Source of the DNA: an uncultured Leptospiraceae bacterium
GTDB taxonomy: Bacteria; Spirochaetota; Leptospiria; Leptospirales; Leptonemataceae
NCBI GenBank assembly: GCA_964619995.1
Contig: CAZUJO010000001.1
Coordinates: forward strand, 1 to 46,942
Length of the DNA: 46,942 nt
Direction of reading: 5' to 3'
Shown here: piece by piece, positions 42,209 to 46,942 of the stretch
How the letters are laid out: each line of letters begins with the position of its first letter
How positions within the stretch are numbered: the first letter of the stretch is position 1
Position numbers and translations under genes: made by a program
Notes under the pieces: generated by a model
The model's database searches: none
Told to the model about the DNA's origin: nothing
The model's input: only the letters and a program-made list of their open reading frames with translations

Positions 42209-43062
42209 TACCAGGAGCCGGAGGATCCGCCTCCGCCAAAACTTCCGCCGCCGCCGCTGAAGCCGCCGCCTCCGGAACTCCAGCTTCCGCCGCCCGAGGA
42301 CCAGCTTCCTCCCCCGGAGCCGCCCAGAAACCAGGTGGCGAAAGCAGCAACGAGGCCCAGGACGACGCCCAACCCGAGACCGAGGAACAGCCAGCCGAGC
42401 AGGAATCCGCCGATGCCAACGAGGATTCCAGACGTGAAGCGGCTTACAAATGAGCAGAGAATCGCGCCGGCAACAATCAATCCGACGGCCATACCGCCGA
42501 AGCCGGGCCCCGATTTGCCGGCAAGCGGCCCTTTTTCAAAATGAGAAGAGTCCCCGCGCGCGGCGCCTTTTGCGGGCGGCGGCAGGTCTTCGCCCTGAAC
42601 GCGCGAAAGCATTGCGTCCACGCCTGAATTGATCCCTTCCGCGAATTTCCCCTGCTTGAAATAGGGCACAATCTGTTCATCAATGATTCGTTTGCATGTT
42701 GCATCGTTCAGAGGACCTTCGAGGCCGTAGCCAACTTCGATGCGAAGCCTGCGGTCGTTCTTTGCGACGATGAGAATGGCGCCGTCGTCTACTTTCTTCC
42801 GGCCGATCTTCCATTGTTCCGCCAGTCGGATTCCGTATTGCTCGATGGCTTCCGGCTTTGTCGTGGGCACGATCACAACGACAATCTGGCTGCCTTTCGC
42901 CGATTCGAAATCCGCCAGCTTCTTTTCGAGGGCGGCGGCTTCCGTGTCGCTTAACGTTCCCGTTGTGTCTGTGACCCTGGCTTTCAGTTCGGGAATGGGA
43001 GCGAGTTCCTGAGCCGAAACGGCCCATGAGACGAACAGGAGGGAGAAAAGGATCGCACGCAT
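42208..43062 (-). CDS. TPM-domain protein (YgcG-like) with TM helices and a Gly/Ser-rich C-terminal tail
   Basis: It has a signal peptide from MRAILFSLLF. The TPM core is ARVTDTTGTLSDTEAAALEKKLADFESAKGSQIVVVIVPTT...RIEVGYGLEG. The tail ends GGSGGGSWSSGGGSWSSGGGGFSGGGGSFGGGGSSGSW. Confidence 0.85.
   Translation of the reverse strand: MRAILFSLLFVSWAVSAQELAPIPELKARVTDTTGTLSDTEAAALEKKLADFESAKGSQIVVVIVPTTKPEAIEQYGIRLAEQWKIGRKKVDDGAILIVAKNDRRLRIEVGYGLEGPLNDATCKRIIDEQIVPYFKQGKFAEGINSGVDAMLSRVQGEDLPPPAKGAARGDSSHFEKGPLAGKSGPGFGGMAVGLIVAGAILCSFVSRFTSGILVGIGGFLLGWLFLGLGLGVVLGLVAAFATWFLGGSGGGSWSSGGGSWSSGGGGFSGGGGSFGGGGSSGSW
42211..42324 (-). repeat. Low-complexity GGC/GGA/TCC-rich coding repeat (Gly-Ser-Trp tail)
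   Basis: The plus strand consists of runs of ccgcc/ccgga. The repeated unit SGGGSWS is seen twice in the translation. Confidence 0.8.
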
Positions 43063-43063
43063 T

Positions 43064-43591
43064 TTAAAGCACAACAGGCTTGTTGGAAAGCTCGTCACGG
43101 TTCTCGGCGCGCGCCGGGAAATGCTTTGTAAGAAGCGCAGTCACTTCCGAAAGGCCTTTCAGGACGCCGTCTTCGTATCTGCCTTCGCGGAATGCGGATT
43201 CAATATGATTGGCGATCGCAATCCAGGCTTCGTCGCCGACTTTCTTATGAATTCCACGGTCAGCGACGATTTCAATCTGGCGGTCAGCGAGCAGGATGTA
43301 AATGAGCACGCCCGTGTTTTCTTCCGTGTCCCAAACACGCAGACGCGAAAATACTTCAAGCGCGCGGTCCCTGGGAGAGACGCCGCGCGCGATTTGCAGC
43401 GCGTTCAGATCAACTTCGACTGCGAAGCGAATTTCGCCGCGGTGAAGCTTCTCTGATTCGGAAACAGCAGCTTCAATTCGCGCAAGCGCATCTGGCGGAA
43501 GCATGCGTCGCAGCTTCCAGGGGGAAGCTGCGAAATGACGAAGAAGCCTGCCGAAGCTCACATCTGCCTCACTTGTCTTTGGGTTTGTCAT
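43064..43591 (-). CDS. TPM-domain protein (second, cytoplasmic-type)
   Basis: Motifs: IEAAVSESEKLHRGEIRFAVE, NTGVLIYILLADRQIEIVADRGI and FREGRYEDGV. ATG 43591 lies 23 nt inside lemA; GTG 43561 is an alternative start. Confidence 0.8.
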   Translation of the reverse strand: MTNPKTSEADVSFGRLLRHFAASPWKLRRMLPPDALARIEAAVSESEKLHRGEIRFAVEVDLNALQIARGVSPRDRALEVFSRLRVWDTEENTGVLIYILLADRQIEIVADRGIHKKVGDEAWIAIANHIESAFREGRYEDGVLKGLSEVTALLTKHFPARAENRDELSNKPVVL

Positions 43592-44192
43592 CGCCGAAGT
43601 TTACTTCCGGCGGCTTGGAGAGTTCCTGCTCGTTTTCAACGGAGAAGTTCGGCTTCGTTGTGTAACCGAACACGCGGGCAGTGAGGTTATTCGGGAACTG
43701 CCTTACCATTACGTTGTATTCCTGAACCGATTTGATATAACGTCCGCGCGCTACGGTGATGCGGTTTTCCGTTCCTTCCAGCTGAGCTTGCAGATCTGTG
43801 AAGGCGCGGTCTGACTTAAGTTCCGGATAATTTTCAGCGACGACCATCAGTCGAGAGAGGGCGCCCTGCATTTGCCCCTGCGCTGCGATGAATTTTTGAA
43901 ATGCCGCTTCGTCGTTGAGGAGCTCAGGAGTGGCCTGAATCGAACCTACGCGTGAACGGGCATCTGCTACGCCCTGGAAGACGTCCTTTTCCTGTTTCGC
44001 GAATCTCTCGACGACTTTCACGAGGCTCGGCACCAGATCGGCTCTGCGCTTGTACTGGTTCAATACTTCGCTCCAGGAAGCTTTCACTTCTTCGTCTGCG
44101 CTCTGAATGGAGTTATATCCGCAGTTCGAGGAGGAGAGGATGATGAGTGCAGCAAGCAAGGCAGCTGCGCGCGGGAATCTTACGTTTTCCAT
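43569..44192 (-). CDS. lemA: LemA-family lipoprotein
   Basis: Lipobox: LSSSNC. Motifs: VKASWSEVLNQYKRRADLVPSLV, NYPELKSD and RITVARGRYIKSVQEYN. Confidence 0.9.
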   Translation of the reverse strand: MENVRFPRAAALLAALIILSSSNCGYNSIQSADEEVKASWSEVLNQYKRRADLVPSLVKVVERFAKQEKDVFQGVADARSRVGSIQATPELLNDEAAFQKFIAAQGQMQGALSRLMVVAENYPELKSDRAFTDLQAQLEGTENRITVARGRYIKSVQEYNVMVRQFPNNLTARVFGYTTKPNFSVENEQELSKPPEVNFGDDKPKDK

Positions 44193-44272
44193 GACCTGGA
44201 AGAAATGACCTCGAAAGGGGGAGGGTCAACCAAAAAATCTTGGCAGGGCGGCTGTCAGAACTTCTCTGAACT

Positions 44273-45148
44273 ATGAATCTTCGCGAAATCGAGGCGGATC
44301 TGGCGAAAATGGTCCAGTTTCCGCCGGACGCATTGCCGCTGTTGATTCTTACCGCAGTCGCCGTTGCTTTCGGCTTTATGGCCCGTCGGCTTGCGCTTCG
44401 GATCGTGCTTCCGCGGCTGGGGTCGAGCGCGTCCCGAATCAAATGGCGCCGCAACAGCGCCTATCTTCTCGTTTTTCTCCTCGCTCTGGTTCTCTTTCCG
44501 CTCTGGCTTCCTTCCCTTCGCACCATTGCCGCGTTTCTGGGCATCTTCGGTGCGGGCGTTCTGCTCGTTCTCAAAGAAGTTATCGTAAACATCGCCGGCT
44601 GGTTCTTCATTGTGTTTCGCAAACCATTTGAGATCGGCAACCGCATTGCCATCGGAGCATTCACGGGCGACGTGCTCGACATTCGTTTGATGGACACCTC
44701 GCTGATCGAAGTCTCTTCACGCGATGAGGGCGGACAGAGCACGGGACGTGTAGTTCATTTTCCAAACGCGCTCGTTTTCACGGTTCCTCTTGCGAACGCA
44801 AGCAAGGAGTTTGCGTTCAACTGGAATGAGATTCGCGTTCCTCTTTCGCCGGACAGCGACTGGAAAAAAGCATCGGCCATTATGGAGCAGATTGCTGGAG
44901 ATGTGGTCGACCCAATCTCAGAAAAGGATTCGTGGATCCGACACTCCGAGCATGAGTATGCAATCCGCTATCAGAAGATCACGCCAAAGGTTTTCGTTGA
45001 GTTCAAGCAGGGCGTGATTCTTCTCACGCTCCGCCACCTGGTCGAGCCGCGCACGAACCGCCTCATCTCGGATCGATTCTGGCGTTTGTTTCTGGCTCGC
45101 ATTGAAAAAGAAAAGCGCATTCATTTGAACGCGCTTCTTCCTCATTGA
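44273..45148 (+). CDS. Small-conductance mechanosensitive channel (MscS family)
   Basis: It has three N-terminal TM helices. The pore-lining/beta-domain signature follows: GIFGAGVLLVLKEVIVNIAGWFFIVFRKPFEIGNRIAIGAFTGDVLDIRLMDTSL...GRVVHFPNA. Confidence 0.85.
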   Translation: MNLREIEADLAKMVQFPPDALPLLILTAVAVAFGFMARRLALRIVLPRLGSSASRIKWRRNSAYLLVFLLALVLFPLWLPSLRTIAAFLGIFGAGVLLVLKEVIVNIAGWFFIVFRKPFEIGNRIAIGAFTGDVLDIRLMDTSLIEVSSRDEGGQSTGRVVHFPNALVFTVPLANASKEFAFNWNEIRVPLSPDSDWKKASAIMEQIAGDVVDPISEKDSWIRHSEHEYAIRYQKITPKVFVEFKQGVILLTLRHLVEPRTNRLISDRFWRLFLARIEKEKRIHLNALLPH

Positions 45149-46027
45149 TTAGCCGTACGGGTTCGGCGGCCGAGTGGTGTCGGAAGTCGGAGAGGGATCA
45201 GTCGATGGAGACGTAGGTGGAGGCGTGACCTGCGGCGCTTGAGGCTGCGGCAGCGAAGCATTGTCTTCGGCATCTCCCGGTCCCATGTACTGCGCGATGA
45301 TCGCTCCCTGCACCGTAAGCGCAAGCGGGTAGGCGAAGAGCGCCGGTATGCAGCAAAGAAGAATGCCGGCTATCGGTAACACAAAGTCGAACAAAAACTT
45401 AATTCCGGTAAGACTCATGGCAGCGCCGGCCGTCATGCGCCAGGACGCGCGAAACGCTTCGACTGCGTCCATCTTCTTTTCGAGAACCAGAGGAAAGACC
45501 AGCTGCAGGCGCGCCATCACGTAGAACTGAATGAGAAACGCCGCTGCGGTGATAGCGAGAAACGCGGCAAGAAAGAGAGCATCCGAGTTGTCTCCATGGA
45601 AGACTTGATCGAGGTTCTTCACTTGAAGGGCCGCTCCCCAGAAGCCGACGAGGAACGCTGCAACGAAGAAGACGATGAGAATCGCAGCAATGAAGGCTGT
45701 GTATACGACAGCAAAAATCAAACCGGCCGTGAGCACCGGGCCGAATGTGTCGAACGCGCTGAAGATGAGGTCGAATTTGGGGCGGTTTCGCGCAAGCGCG
45801 AGCGCCGCCATCGAATAGCCCGCGAAGAGGTGCGGCAGAACAATCAGTCCCAGGCAGGAATTCGCCGCGAAAACGTATCCTACGAGCCAGACCATCGCGA
45901 TCCCCATGGCGATGCCGAGATGAGTTTTGAAGATCGCCCAGCCGTCCGCCATGGCTCGCTTCGCGTCAAAATGGACGATTTCCGGTTCAAAGCCCTGCGT
46001 GTAGGACGGGGAGTAAGGATTGCTCAT
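45149..46027 (-). CDS. Polytopic membrane protein with a Pro/Thr/Ser-rich C-terminal tail (family not recognised)
   Basis: Start taken at MSNPYSPSY (ATG 46027..46025). There are about 6 hydrophobic helices. The tail is PQPQAPQVTPPPTSPSTDPSPTSDTTRPPNPYG. The 154-codon upstream extension in the ORF track overlaps the divergent SLT gene. Confidence 0.65.
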   Translation of the reverse strand: MSNPYSPSYTQGFEPEIVHFDAKRAMADGWAIFKTHLGIAMGIAMVWLVGYVFAANSCLGLIVLPHLFAGYSMAALALARNRPKFDLIFSAFDTFGPVLTAGLIFAVVYTAFIAAILIVFFVAAFLVGFWGAALQVKNLDQVFHGDNSDALFLAAFLAITAAAFLIQFYVMARLQLVFPLVLEKKMDAVEAFRASWRMTAGAAMSLTGIKFLFDFVLPIAGILLCCIPALFAYPLALTVQGAIIAQYMGPGDAEDNASLPQPQAPQVTPPPTSPSTDPSPTSDTTRPPNPYG

Positions 46028-46087
46028 CCGGGCAGTGTCGGCGAAGCGGGTGCGGACCGCAAAAAAATTTCGTAATGAATCTCCAGC

Positions 46088-46630
46088 ATGCGGTCGATCC
46101 TGAGAGGGATGATCCAGGACAGAATGAAAGAGATTGAGGGCCGAATAGGAGACATAATCCGGAGATTTGAGCCCTCCGCGGCCCCCGAGACCCGGGCCCC
46201 CCAGACCCGCGCGCAGGCGTCGACCGCCTCGCGAAACGGTCCCTCTTTTCAGTCGCGCATCAATGAAATCATCGAACGAGAATCCGCGCGCCACGGAGTT
46301 CCATCGGATCTCGTGCGCGCCGTCATTCAGCAGGAATCGGGCGGAAATCCGGCCGCTGTTTCGAAGGCGGGGGCGATCGGCCTCATGCAGCTTATGCCGG
46401 AAACAGCGAAGGCTCTCGGCGTGAATCCATTTGATGCCGAGCAAAACGTGGACGGCGGCATTCGTTACCTGAAAGACATGGCAAAGCAATTTGATTCTCT
46501 CGACGAGGTTCTTGCTGCCTATAACGCAGGTCCCAGAGCTGTGCAGCGGTTCGGCGGTGTGCCTCCCTACCGAGAAACACAGGACTACGTAAAGAACATT
46601 CGCCGCAGTCTGCGCGAATGGCGTTCGTAA
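46088..46630 (+). CDS. SLT-domain lytic transglycosylase
   Basis: Motifs: [29 protein letters not shown] and [11 protein letters not shown] see no obvious signal peptide. Confidence 0.85.
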   Translation: MRSILRGMIQDRMKEIEGRIGDIIRRFEPSAAPETRAPQTRAQASTASRNGPSFQSRINEIIERESARHGVPSDLVRAVIQQESGGNPAAVSKAGAIGLMQLMPETAKALGVNPFDAEQNVDGGIRYLKDMAKQFDSLDEVLAAYNAGPRAVQRFGGVPPYRETQDYVKNIRRSLREWRS

Positions 46631-46632
46631 CG

Positions 46633-46917
46633 TTAGCCGCCTTTCAAAGTCTTCTTAATTCGCTCGCGGGCCTCGGGGGAAAGACGTTTCCCCTCGGCTC
46701 CCGATTCCATTTGAGCAATTTTGCGCAGCAATTCGAGCTGATCGCGAAACCTTTCACAGAGGTCGCAAATCCAGAGGTGCATGCGGATGCGAATCCTTTC
46801 CCGGATGCCCAGAGGTTCATCGAGACTCCGCGAGAGCGCCTGACATACTTCGTCGCACGGCGGAAGCCGTTCTGCAAAGGCAGTCAATGCCTTCATTTTG
46901 AGATCTGCCCAGCTCAT
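46633..46917 (-). CDS. zf-HC2-type anti-sigma factor (short)
   Basis: The motif RMHLWICDLCERF (H..C..C) sits in a 94-aa protein. Its ATG appears to overlap the stop of an upstream gene (ATGA). Confidence 0.7.
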   Translation of the reverse strand: MSWADLKMKALTAFAERLPPCDEVCQALSRSLDEPLGIRERIRIRMHLWICDLCERFRDQLELLRKIAQMESGAEGKRLSPEARERIKKTLKGG

Positions 46918-46942
46918 GCGCTTACCCAGTATTTCTCCAGAC
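46914..46942 (-). CDS. Possible 3' end of an ECF sigma factor gene (partial, 9 codons only)
   Basis: One minus-strand frame reads ...LEKYWVSA*, and its TGA overlaps the anti-sigma ATG. The call rests on context only. Confidence 0.3.

Noticed and set aside
44240-44256. TGGCAG-N5-CTGTC upstream of the MscS gene as a sigma-54 promoter. Also the TGGCAC strings at 452, 23404 and 36223.
   Set aside because: None has the GC of the -12 element (TTGC) at the correct spacing.
45149-46489. Full 446-aa version of the membrane-protein ORF.
   Set aside because: The first 154 codons are Arg/Gly-rich, non-membrane, and overlap the divergent SLT gene. The hydrophobic protein begins cleanly at ATG 46027.
1-46942. 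Scan for CRISPR arrays, IS elements or inverted terminal repeats, rRNA, prophage or defence-system genes.
   Set aside because: I found no regularly spaced repeats. There were no transposase, integrase, nuclease or helicase-like translations. Apart from tRNA-Phe, I saw no long non-coding stretch; the largest gaps are about 180 nt.

Overview
This is a compact 46.9-kb bacterial chromosomal segment with moderately high GC and Gram-negative-type envelope genes. I can support about 46 protein-coding genes and one tRNA-Phe. I see no rRNA, CRISPR array, transposase, integrase or phage gene. Gene packing is very tight. There are many ATGA/TGATG start-stop overlaps, frequent GTG/TTG starts, several convergent gene pairs with zero or negative spacing, and many long antisense ORFs that I treat as spurious.

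Content by region:

- **1..8.4 kb:** a translationally coupled chemosensory operon: STAS, CheA, CheW, Aer-like PAS receptor, CheB, CheR, CheY, pseudo-receiver histidine kinase.
- **8.4..15.3 kb:** a convergent four-gene phosphorelay operon: multi-PAS kinase, REC plus His-less kinase-like protein, hybrid kinase, Hpt.
- **15.3..21 kb:** prfB without the programmed frameshift, a 7TMR-DISM hybrid kinase, and an operon of response regulator, HEAT-repeat protein and small secreted protein.
- **21..29.4 kb:** tRNA-Phe, lipB, a metallophosphoesterase, a DksA/TraR zinc-finger protein, a PlsB-like protein with a degenerate active-site motif, and a desaturase-TetR operon with a clear promoter and twin palindromic operators. 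These are followed by a PAS-GAF-PAS-GGDEF-EAL protein and an orphan CcmH-like protein.
- **29.5..38.7 kb:** two adjacent paralogous modules of circularly permuted ATP-grasp, alpha-E and transglutaminase-like genes. This family set is widely conserved but has no functionally defined role. It is my best candidate for an undescribed system.
- **38.7..44.2 kb:** a minus-strand string: LemA, TPM, TPM, SGNH lipoprotein, outer-membrane barrel, GlcG, membrane PP2C phosphatase.
- **44.3..46.9 kb:** an MscS-type channel, a polytopic membrane protein, an SLT transglycosylase, and an anti-sigma/ECF-sigma pair at the window edge.

All family calls come from motif recognition by eye in the supplied translations. 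No database search was run.
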